From contig OZ038379.1 in NCBI GenBank assembly GCA_964036045.1, positions 8,122,001 through 8,186,000 on the forward strand: a DNA stretch of 64,000 nt, given 5' to 3'. The notes beneath the pieces are model-generated. The model was not told the DNA's origin and did no database searches. It worked only from the letters and a program-made list of their open reading frames with translations. Below, piece after piece: positions 29,656 through 39,067 of the stretch. How positions within the stretch are numbered: the first letter of the stretch is position 1; each line of letters starts with the position of its first letter. The translations under genes were made by a program, and so were the position numbers. Source of the DNA: Eutreptiella sp. 'Long Island Sound 2002'. Lineage: Eukaryota; Protista; Euglenida.

Positions 29656-32600
29656 CTAAGAAAGGAAGCGCAAACAAAAGTTGAAACGAGGTTCAACTAG
29701 TGATATCACCGTCGACCGTGCGGTCCCGCAACAACCCAATGAGGGCGGGGGGGTGTCGTCGATTGTTGGGGGGTGCCTGCCTAGATGGTGGGTCGCAAGG
29801 CAGTTCCTCTCCCATGAGGGGGGGGGGGGGTGTCCCGAGGGGTAGGGGGGTTCCTCACGATACTGTGGCAATAGCATGAAGGGATCTGATCCAGGAAATG
29901 CGTGTATTCTGGTCATTGTCGCAGGTGCCTGTCCAGTCCGATGCCCGTCGGTCGGCACCTGCGCGGCGTCCCCGCGTACTGATGGCCGGTTTGGGGCCAT
30001 ATATGACATTCCTGTCTGGTTATCGTGTACTGCCTGTCGCTGGTCAGCAGACTGGGCATTACCGGGGGCGTCGAGCGCGCCCACACCGGTGTGTAGAGCG
30101 GGAGAGTAGGCGGTGGCCAAGGGCCCAGCCGGGTAGGTGCCAGTAGCGCCTGCCATCCCCACGCATGGTCGGCAGGCGGGCACGTTCACACGGCCCGTCG
30201 CTTTCGCAGCCCGTTGCCTGTCTGTCTGGCCCCGCGCTGTTGATGGCCGGGTTGGGGCCATATATGACATTCCTGTCTGGCTGTCCTGTGCTGTCCGTTG
30301 CTGGTCAGCACGCCGAGCATCACCGGGGGCAAAGAAAGCGCCCACGCCAGTGTACCCGGATAAATAAACTGCGGCCTGGTAGGCAGTGGCCAAGGTCCCG
30401 GCCGAGTGGGTGCCAGCGGCACCAGTCATTAGCGTGCATGTCTGAGGAGCAAAATCCTTACGGCCGACTTGCCACCGTGCGGTCACCGTGCGGTCGACGC
30501 GGTCCGTTCCAGGTTGTCCGTTCCCGCTGTTCACTGTGGAGAATGGCGCAAGGCAGGTGTTGGGAAGGTAGCCACAGTCTAACGCTGTTCCCCTCATGCA
30601 TATGTATGCACATACCAGCACATCAGGTGACGCGGTATCTCGTTGATCAGGGGGTGGAATGGTGGGGATGTTGGGGATGGCCGTCCCCAGTTCCCCCTTG
30701 TGGGTCCTGGGTCGGCGCCTCCTTCCTCGCGGCTGCCGGGGGGGTGCCTGCTGTTCTTGCTGTGCGGCCACCACGTCCCAGCCTCCAGTGAAGGGGAAAA
30801 CCCCAGCCTGTCCCCAGCCGGATGGTTCCGGTCCCTGTTCTGGTGCCTGCTCTGCGTGTGCATCGTGCCACGGTGCCCTTTCCCCGTGGATCTGAGGGGG
30901 TCCGGGCTGGTGCACGGGGTGCTGGTCTGGTGCGTCCGGTGTGTAGTACACTTGCTGGTGCTGTTGTGAGTGCCCCGCTACCGGCGCCGACTCCGGAATC
31001 GGATAGACAACACTGTCCGTTGGTAGTTGGCGGGGGGCATGCGGGTCCGCCAGTGGTCGTGTGCGATCCCTTGAGAGCCACATGTCCAGATATCCCGTTG
31101 CCGGTTCGGCATCTGTGCGTCGCTGCATCGGTGGCTCGGTTCGCAGGATCTCGAGCGCAGCTGCATTCTGCTCGCTGAACCTGGCCCAGGTTCCTGAACT
31201 GTCCTCTGGCAGTATGTGCTGTCCATGGCGGTCGACGACTACCCGATACTGCACCTGTGGTTCGTGCTGTGTCTGTGGTACATACAGTGGTTCACTGTGG
31301 TACACCGGCTGCGCCGCCGTGTGTTCCATGCGTGTGGCTGCCCGGTATTGCACCTGAGGTTCGTGCTGTGTCTGTGGTACATGCAGTGGTTCACTGTGGT
31401 ACACCGGCTGTGCCGCCGTGTGTTCCATGCGTGTGGCCGCCTGCTGTGGGAGGGGCTGTCGGTTTACGTCCCTGTGTCCCTGTTGGAGGGCAGGGACCGC
31501 ACATGGCACCTCCGGGCTGTGAGGATTGCGGTAGAAACGCAGCGGTTCAGCCACAAAAGTTGGGGGGCAGAGGGGTGGGTGTTGAGGCTGCTGTCCGGGT
31601 TCTTGCAGGGAGACTTGTCGTTCCCCTTGGCGCGTGTCGATGCTCACGCAGTAGCGTCGTCGTGCCTGTGGTTCCGCCTCGCCTTGTGACGGTTCTGCCT
31701 GGGTGCGGGCTTGGTCACTGTGTCTGTCAGCGCTGCGCTGTGGCGCTGGGGCCTCAGGCGTCACGGTTTGCTGTGGTTGCTGGATCGACCGGCAGATTCC
31801 TGCTACAGAGTCCGCAAGGGACGTCATGGCCCGCAGGGCCTGGGTGAGTTCGCCCTTGGAGCTGCGCTTCCGGGACTTTTTCCGTCGGCTGTGGCTGTCA
31901 CTGTCGCTGTCGCTGGTGCTGTCACTGTCTGTGTCTCTCCGTGACCGTCTGCCTCCCCCCTTCAGACCCACCAGTCGCAACGTCAGGTGGATGGGTCCGG
32001 TTGTGGTCGTGGTCGGGGTCGGGTCGTGGTCTCCGAGCGGCTGTCCTTGGTAGAACAGCCGCTGGTGTTGCGGTGGGGGTAGGTGTGGCGTGAGGTGATG
32101 GAGGGCATGTTTGATGCCCTTGACTGACCCGGTTGCCGGAAGGCAAACCGGGGGTCCGGCGCCGCTCACGATCACCGACCTACAGCGCCACGCAGGGTGG
32201 GGTTGGGAGGGGGGGGTGGATCGATGTGAGAACGCCGTGTTGCGGCAATTCCTAGTTCGCGAGCAGTGCGGTGTATGCGATGGCAACGGTGTCACATGCA
32301 ACACAGGGTGTATGCCCGGTCGTCGGTGCAGTTCCTGCGCAGAAAACTGCGCAGCGGTTACGGTGTGGTTTGGGTAGTGACACGGACGGGGAGCAGGGCT
32401 CCGCACCGTCGTTATGGTTGGCATTGTTGGCGGGGAGCGTCGCTCCGCTCCGCCGTTGGCCATTCCGTAGCGTGTCGTGATGTTTTGGTACGTTGTCTGG
32501 TTGGTGGTGTTGGCTGGCGGGTAGCAGGGCTCCACTCCGCCGTCTCCGTTGTGTAGCAGGAGCAGGATGATGTGTGTCATCAATCCTATGTAGCACAGAG

Positions 32601-33588
32601 GTCGTGGCCTCCATGAGGTCGTTTTGTTGAGTCGTACAGTGGCATGCCAGGGGCGGGGAGCGAGGCTCCGCACCGCCGTTGTGTTGTTCTCTGTCCTGTC
32701 GGTTGTGTCCGGCGGTTGGTTGTCGGTGTTTGGGCGGGGAGCTGAGCTCCGCACCGCCGGTTGGATGTTTGGGTGGGAGGCATACCTGGCTCGCGGCGGT
32801 GCGGCATCCGGCAGTCTCAGGCCATCCAAACGGCGAGCGTCTGCGTTACCGACGTCCATAGTTGACGGGCCGACGTGGTACGCGGTCGTACCAGTGACTC
32901 CTTCGACAGAGGTTCGTCCATCCGATCCCACGGCGGCAGGTACGTCAGTCGGGACGTTCGGGTAGATCTCTGCCAATTCCGGGTCATAATGATTCTCCAT
33001 AGTCCCGTAGACTCCGGGGTACTCGTCAGATGCGTTCTCGTTGACCTCTGTGGTCTCAGCCATGTCCATCACTTCGCCGACATCCCCAGCGTTGCGCAGG
33101 GCAGAAGTGTCGGGGGCATACTTGATATCCTGGCTGGTGGCCGTCTCCATGATTGCCTGTCGTTGTTCGGCATCGTCAATCTCTGTCCTCGGGACGCCCG
33201 ACTTGTCGATGAAATCGTCTATCGCTGGGTCAAAGCGGGTGTACTTGATCTCGTTCCCCTTCTGCGCAGTGATGGTCCCGGGATCGTCAGAGAGGCCCAA
33301 GGGGTTGAAACGGTTGGCCAGGTTGTCGGCTGCTTGGTCGATGATATCGCTGGAGTCCTCAGTAGTGGCGCAGGCCTGCACGTAGTTGTCCAGCATGGCG
33401 ACAGTTGCTGCTCTCATCGGAGTCGAAGGGGTCAGAAGTGGAGCGGTGAGCGTACCAGTAACTCCTTCGACAGAGGTGCGTCCATCCGATCCCACGGCGG
33501 CAGGTATGTCGGCCGGGACGGTCGGGTAAATCTCTGCCACCTCCGGGAGGTGCGGCATTGCATTCTGCCCCACGTTGGGGTCTTCCAT
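29656..33588 (-). CDS. ORF1 of the giant element (1310 aa), repeat-rich, with an internal ubiquitin-like domain
   Basis: The first ATG lies 17 nt downstream of the SL. Ubl-like stretch VKGIKHAL...PPPQHQRLFYQGQPL...IHLTLRLVGLKGG at ~31954-32178. Several internal duplications. Confidence 0.75.
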   Translation of the reverse strand: MEDPNVGQNAMPHLPEVAEIYPTVPADIPAAVGSDGRTSVEGVTGTLTAPLLTPSTPMRAATVAMLDNYVQACATTEDSSDIIDQAADNLANRFNPLGLSDDPGTITAQKGNEIKYTRFDPAIDDFIDKSGVPRTEIDDAEQRQAIMETATSQDIKYAPDTSALRNAGDVGEVMDMAETTEVNENASDEYPGVYGTMENHYDPELAEIYPNVPTDVPAAVGSDGRTSVEGVTGTTAYHVGPSTMDVGNADARRLDGLRLPDAAPPRARYASHPNIQPAVRSSAPRPNTDNQPPDTTDRTENNTTAVRSLAPRPWHATVRLNKTTSWRPRPLCYIGLMTHIILLLLHNGDGGVEPCYPPANTTNQTTYQNITTRYGMANGGAERRSPPTMPTITTVRSPAPRPCHYPNHTVTAAQFSAQELHRRPGIHPVLHVTPLPSHTPHCSRTRNCRNTAFSHRSTPPSQPHPAWRCRSVIVSGAGPPVCLPATGSVKGIKHALHHLTPHLPPPQHQRLFYQGQPLGDHDPTPTTTTTGPIHLTLRLVGLKGGGRRSRRDTDSDSTSDSDSDSHSRRKKSRKRSSKGELTQALRAMTSLADSVAGICRSIQQPQQTVTPEAPAPQRSADRHSDQARTQAEPSQGEAEPQARRRYCVSIDTRQGERQVSLQEPGQQPQHPPLCPPTFVAEPLRFYRNPHSPEVPCAVPALQQGHRDVNRQPLPQQAATRMEHTAAQPVYHSEPLHVPQTQHEPQVQYRAATRMEHTAAQPVYHSEPLYVPQTQHEPQVQYRVVVDRHGQHILPEDSSGTWARFSEQNAAALEILRTEPPMQRRTDAEPATGYLDMWLSRDRTRPLADPHAPRQLPTDSVVYPIPESAPVAGHSQQHQQVYYTPDAPDQHPVHQPGPPQIHGERAPWHDAHAEQAPEQGPEPSGWGQAGVFPFTGGWDVVAAQQEQQAPPRQPRGRRRRPRTHKGELGTAIPNIPTIPPPDQRDTASPDVLVCAYICMRGTALDCGYLPNTCLAPFSTVNSGNGQPGTDRVDRTVTARWQVGRKDFAPQTCTLMTGAAGTHSAGTLATAYQAAVYLSGYTGVGAFFAPGDARRADQQRTAQDSQTGMSYMAPTRPSTARGQTDRQRAAKATGRVNVPACRPCVGMAGATGTYPAGPLATAYSPALHTGVGALDAPGNAQSADQRQAVHDNQTGMSYMAPNRPSVRGDAAQVPTDGHRTGQAPATMTRIHAFPGSDPFMLLPQYREEPPYPSGHPPPPSWERNCLATHHLGRHPPTIDDTPPPSLGCCGTARSTVISLVEPRFNFCLRFLS

Positions 33589-33605
33589 GGACGAAGAAAT
33601 AGCAC

Positions 33606-33633
33606 CGAAAAAAAAATAGACACTCAGAAAGTG
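33606..33633 (-). other. Euglenid spliced-leader exon sequence
   Basis: Reads CACTTTCTGAGTGTCTATTTTTTTTTCG. This matches the Euglena-type SL ACTTTCTGAGTGTCTATTTTTTTTCG (recalled from memory) with one extra T; the extra 5' C fits the longer AC-start form I recall for Eutreptiella. Confidence 0.9.
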
Positions 33634-34649
33634 ACGGCCAGACACCCAAAGAGCTGCACTGCGCTAAGCGCGCCCCCTTAGTGCACCCCCTGAAAGGTCA
33701 CTGGTGGGACACGGGTCAAAAAAGATGCCCGGCGCGCGCCCGGCGCACTAACGCTCCCCCAGAAATGCAGAAAGAATACCTCAAATCTGGGCTACAAGCG
33801 CCCAGGATGGCCATGGGAAAGCAGCCTGTGAGCAGACCTAACTGGTGAATGGGGGAGCCTCTGGCTGTACTCCCACCCCCCCCTTGCCCCTGTAAGACCT
33901 ACGCAAAAGTCCCAAATTAATACGGTCCCTACGCCTACTGTAGCTTGGACAGGGCCGTAGCTTCCACGTAACACATACAACTACCAACACACACGTGAGT
34001 GAACGCATGGTATGAGTGCACCTTCACGTCCACCCACGTTCCCAAAGGCATGCAAACACAAGAAAGTGTTTGAAATATGAAACTTCAGGTTCAGACCAAT
34101 GTTCTCATAAGTGCAGAAATATCTCCAAAATCAGAGCGATGCCAGTTCAAGTGGGCAAACACTCACAACAAATGTCTCCATGACTCTATGCAACTGACAA
34201 ATTCGTCACCAAACCCATGTCTTATGTGGCTGCACTACATTTAGTACCGCATTAAATTGGGTCCAAAAAAAATACGGTCCCTATGCCCGATGTAGCTTGG
34301 ACAAGGGCACAGGGGGGCAGGGGGTACCCATGGGGTGGCCTTCCTTCATCACCAGGGGATGCATCCAGACAGCCCAGATGGAGGGGAATGTCTGTCCAAC
34401 CCATGGGCTATGCTCCTAAATGTGCAAAAAGGGAAGCCAACTGCTTGTAGGGGATCGGCTCCGCCAGCACATCAGGGGCTGGCGGACCCAGTATGTCAAC
34501 AGGGGGACAAGCCAGAGGAAGGGCTTAAGGCGAGGGGCAGGAAACAGGGACAACTGCAGTGTGCCATACCCATCCCTGTGGGGGTTGGCGGCAGATATCG
34601 GGCGTACAGCCCTCATGCTGTCCAGTGGGACCAGCAGTAAGCTAAGAAG

Positions 34650-37600
34650 CAGGAATCCACGTGCCCTGCATTGCAAGGCGTTCGCAAGATAATCAACGCG
34701 CAGGTCTCGGATCCTCAAATGCTTCACAGGGAGCTGCTCTCCTCCTTCTGTGTTGTTGTGTGCTCCGTCATGCACCCCCAGGGGCGTGGCACAAGCCCAC
34801 AACAACGCCACAACTACGAGAAGGCGCGGTACGTGGCATGGTTTCATCAGTTCTCGGCGTGTCACCCTCCACCCGAAGGTGACAACTCGGGTGGGAAGAA
34901 ACGGCTTGGACAATTGGGCAACAGCAGACCAGGGGATGACAGGCTGGAACGGGGAACTGCAGCAGAGCCAGAGGGGTCAGCGTTGAAAGGTCTCTGCCAG
35001 GGTGATGGAAGAGGTCCCACCCTCCCTGCGAACACGCTCCTGGCTCCCTGCATCCAATATCCCGTACTGCCATGCCCATATCCTTGAAGACTGGATGGCA
35101 CCAAGGAAGAATGAAACTGAAGCTGATGCAGGCGGCCTTCCATCTGGATTGAGGAGGGGTTGCTGATCCAACAACCCGAGAAACAGACGGGTGGACGGGC
35201 TGTTTGAGAGGTTTAGTTTGGACCACACCTTCCGGGGAATGCCGCAGGAAACAGATCTCTCAAAGCCATGACTCTTCGGGGTCACACATTGGAAGATACT
35301 TGGAGAGCGGGGAGATTGTTGACCAGAGGAGCCGTCAACCCTTTGATGTATGTTCCAATGCACCCGTGTGAAAGAAAGGGAGGGATCAACCCAAGGAGCT
35401 GACCACCTGTTGTTCCAATGCAGACCTGCTTGTGTTGCTCTTCGCTCTGGAGTGGGAACGTGGTGCTCCAGGTGAAGCAGCAGTTGTCGTGATGTGCATC
35501 TGCCATCCAGAGACAGAGAGAATCCGTGGACAACCCTGTCATACGGTGGTGATTCTGATTTTGCCGCTGGAGATCCTGTCTCCAGTCCATTTCCAGCACG
35601 AATCACAGGGCGCCACCTGCAAATGCAGGGGACGCTGTTGTCTGTGTACAGAGCACCGTGCAATGCGGTGCCACACCGCGTGCCGGTTCACACAGCAGTC
35701 AGCGCAATGGCTGCTGCGGAGATTAGTTTGAAGTAGAAGCGTAACACGCTTGTCACTGACATCCTGCCCCTTGCTGCAGATTTGCACCCACCCGCCCATG
35801 ATGCAGTATATTGTAAGGTATGCACCTGACATCAGAACTTTAAGAAGTTTTTGGCATACACTCGACCACAAAGATCAGCATGCCGATAAGCCCCTTCAAC
35901 AGATTGAAAGGTTTCTGGGGCCATGATTACGCACTTTCAGGCATGCTGTTCTACTTGTGTGATTGTAGAAAATCACAAGAAGCAAGAATCCACGTGCCCT
36001 GCATTGCAAGGCGTTCGCAAGATAATCAACGCGCAGGTCTCGGATCCTCAAATGCTTCACAGGGAGCTGCTCTCCTCCTTCTGTGTTGTTGTGTGCTCTG
36101 TCTAGCACCCCCAGGGGCGTGGCACAAGCCCACAACAACGCCACAACTACAAGAAGGCGCGGTACGTGGCATGGTTTCCTCAGTTCTCGACGTGTCACCC
36201 TCCACCCGAAAGTGACAACTTGGGAGGGAAGAAATGGCTTGGACGATTGGGCAACAGCAGACCAGGGGATGACAGGCTGGAACGGGGAACTGCAGCAGAG
36301 CCAGAGGGGTCAGCGTTGAAAGGTCTCTGACAGGGTGATGGAAGAGGTCCCACCTTCCCTGCGAACACGCTCCTGGCTCCCTGCATCCAATATCCCGTAC
36401 TGCCATGCCCATATCCTTGAAGACTGGATGGCACCAAGGAAGAATGAAACTGAAGCTGATGCAGGCGGCCTTCCATCTGGATTGAGGAGGGGTTGCTGAT
36501 CCAACAACCCGAGAAACAGACGGGTGGACGGGCTGTTTGAGAGGTTTAGTTTGGACCACACCTTCCGGGGAATGCCGCAGGAAACAGATCTCTCAAAGCC
36601 ATGACTCTTCGGGGTCACACATTGGAAGATACTTGGAGAGCGGGGAGATTGTTGACCAGAGGAGCCGTCAACCCTTTGATGTATGTTCCAATGCACCCGT
36701 GTGAAAGAAAGGGAGGGATCAACCCAAGGAGCTGACCACCTGTTGTTCCAATGCAGACCTGCTTGTGTTGCTCTTCGCTCTGGAGTGGGAACGTGGTGCT
36801 CCAGGTGAAGCAGCAGTTGTCGTGATGTGCATCTGCCATCCAGAGACAGAGAGAATCCGTGGACAACCCTGTCATACGGTGGTGATTCTGATTTTGCCGC
36901 TGGAGATCCTGTCTCCAGTCCATTTCCAGCACGACTCACAGGGCGCCACCTGCAAATGCAGGGGACGCTGTTGTCTGTGTACAGAGCACCGTGCAATGCG
37001 GTGCCACACCGCGTGCCGGTTCACACGGCAGTCAGCGCAAAGGCTGCTGCGGAGATTAGTTTGAAGTAGAAGCGTAACACGCTTGTCACTGACATCCTGC
37101 CCCTTGCTGCAGATTTGCACCCACCCGCCCAGGATGCAGTATATTGTAAGGTATGCACCTGACATCAGAACTTTAAGAAGTTTTTGGCATACACTCGACC
37201 ACAAAGATCAGCATGCCGACAAGCCCCTTCAACAGATTGAAAGGTTTCTGGGGCCATGATTACGCACTTTCAGGCTTGCTGTTCTACTTGTGTGATTGTA
37301 AAAAATCACAAGGAGCAAGAATCCACGTGCCCTGCATTGCAAGGCGTTCGCAAGATAATCAACGCGCAGGTCTCGGATCCTCAAATGCTTCACAGGGAGC
37401 TGCTCTCCTCCTTCTGTGTTGTTGTGTGCTCCGTCATGCACCCCCAGGGGCGTGGCACAAGCCCACAACAACGCCACAACTACGAGAAGGCGCGGTACGT
37501 GGCATGGTTTCCTCAGTTCTCGACGTGTCACCCTCCACCCGAAGGTGACAACTCGGGAGGGAAGAAATGGCTTGGACGATTGGGCAACAGCAGACCAGGG

Positions 37601-38520
37601 GATGACAGGCTGGAACGGGGAACTGCAGCAGAGCCAGAGGGGTCAGTGTTGAAAGGTCTCTGACAGGGTGATGGAAGAGGTCCCACCCTCCCTGCGAACA
37701 CGCTCCTGGCTCCCTGCATCCAATATCCCGTACTGCCATGCCCACATCCTTGAAGACTGGATGGCACCAAGGAAGAATGAAACTGAAGCTGATGCAGGCG
37801 GCCTTCCATCTGGATTGAGGAGGGGTTGCTGATCCAACAACCCGAGAAACAGACGGGTGGACGGGCTGTTTGAGAGGTTTAGTTTGGACCACACCTTCCG
37901 GGGAATGCCGCAGGAAACAGATCTCTCAAAGCCATGACCATTCGGGGTCACACATTGGAAGATACTTGGAGAGCGGGGAGATTGTTGACCAGAGGAGCCG
38001 TCAACCCTTTGATGTATGTTCCAATGCACCCATGTGAAAGAAAGGGAGGGATCAACCCAAGGAGCTGACCACCTGCTGTTCCAATGCAGACCTGCTTGTG
38101 TTGCTCTTCGCTCTGGAGTGGGAACGTGGTGCTCCAGGTGAAGCAGCAGTTGTCGTGATGTGCATCTGCCATCCAGAGACAGAGAGAATCCGTGGACAAC
38201 CCTGTCATACGGTGGTAATTCTGATTTTGCCGCTGGAGATCTTGTCTCCAGTCCATTTCCAGCACGACTCACAGGGCGCCACCTGCAAATGCAGGGGACG
38301 CTGTTGTCTGTGTGCAGAGCACCGTGCAATGCGGTGCCACACCGCGTGCCGGTTCACGCGGCAGTCAGCGCAAAGGCTGCTGCGGAGATTAGTTTGAAGT
38401 AGAAGCGTAACACGCTTGTCACTGACATCCTGCCCCTTGCTGCAGATTTGCACCCACCCGCCCAGGATGCAGTATATTGTAAGGTATGCACCTGACATGA
38501 GAACTTCGAGAAGTGTTAAG
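34650..38520. repeat. Tandem array of about three 1333-bp units
   Basis: The marker AATCCACGTGCCCTGCATTGC recurs at ~34654, 35987 and 37320, and the ORF-track entries repeat with the same period. Confidence 0.95.
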
Positions 38521-39067
38521 CATATACTGGACAAAAAAGCCCTTGGAGTGTGGGCTTGATCAGCAGCTCTAGCGAATGGATCGCGGTTGCAAGCCATCCA
38601 ACGGTGGTTGGACGCCAGCCGACGGTTTTGGCAGTGGTGAGAGACCGACCAATGGGAGGTTTGACCTTTCGGCACAAACACGACCGGAGGTTCAATGAAC
38701 GAAGGCTGCGGCTTCAGCCGCCTGTTTCACCAGCATGGGAATCCTGTACAACGGGCTTGACTGGCAACGGCTCCCACCGCCCGCAAATCAACCTGCGGCT
38801 CGAAGCTGCGGTTGCAACTTCTCCACTGCAGGAAACAAGTGGCGGTCGATAGCAATCAGAGGAACTTTCAGTGGTCGAGCAGCTGCACAAAATGCAATAA
38901 TGCTGGTTCAAGGCTGGTGCTGCTGGGGCACTGCGACATGTTTAAAAAGGCGACGCAGAGTTCCGCCGGGAGGGCAGACGGCAGAAAGCAGGTTCCATCT
39001 CCCGGGATACGAAAACAAGCGGCAGGCCTGTAATCGCAAGCAGGAAAGGGTGAACACCCTCGCCCAA

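Larger units (their letters stand above)
17737..33633 (-). mobile_element. Giant (~15.9-kb) full-length APE-type non-LTR retroelement, SL at the 5' end and poly(A) at the 3' end
   Basis: 19-bp TSD ACGGCCAGACACCCAAAGA (17718-17736 and 33634-33652), T13 at 17737-17749, SL at 33606-33633, and all long ORFs on the minus strand. Confidence 0.9.
16412..33760. mobile_element. Harbinger-like DNA transposon derivative (~1.4 kb net) hosting a MITE and the giant LINE; TSD AGA
   Basis: Left end GGGGGAATGTTTG, right end CTAACGCTCCCCC, AGA at 16409-16411 and 33761-33763. The empty paralogous site CCCAGC-AGA-AATGCAG is at ~50188-50203. Confidence 0.85.

Noticed and set aside
32516-32575. LLLLHNGDGGVEPCYP as a 2A relic
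   Set aside because: No NPGP, and the sequence is explained by the 26-nt hairpin repeat.
33560-33660. Genuine SL RNA gene (GT follows the SL exon)
   Set aside because: The SL lies just inside the TSD, runs into an ATG 17 nt later, and I see no Sm site or tandem SL array. AG|GT also occurs at the helicase acceptor, so the GT is uninformative. Not fully excluded.
33400-33660. HDV-like or hammerhead ribozyme at the element's 5' end, as in L1Tc/R2
   Set aside because: No core motifs recognised by eye; an Infernal or RNArobo search is needed for a firm negative.
34977-35663. 228-aa ORF repeated in the tandem arrays
   Set aside because: No recognisable domain; its start and length vary between units and it recurs only because the DNA is repeated.
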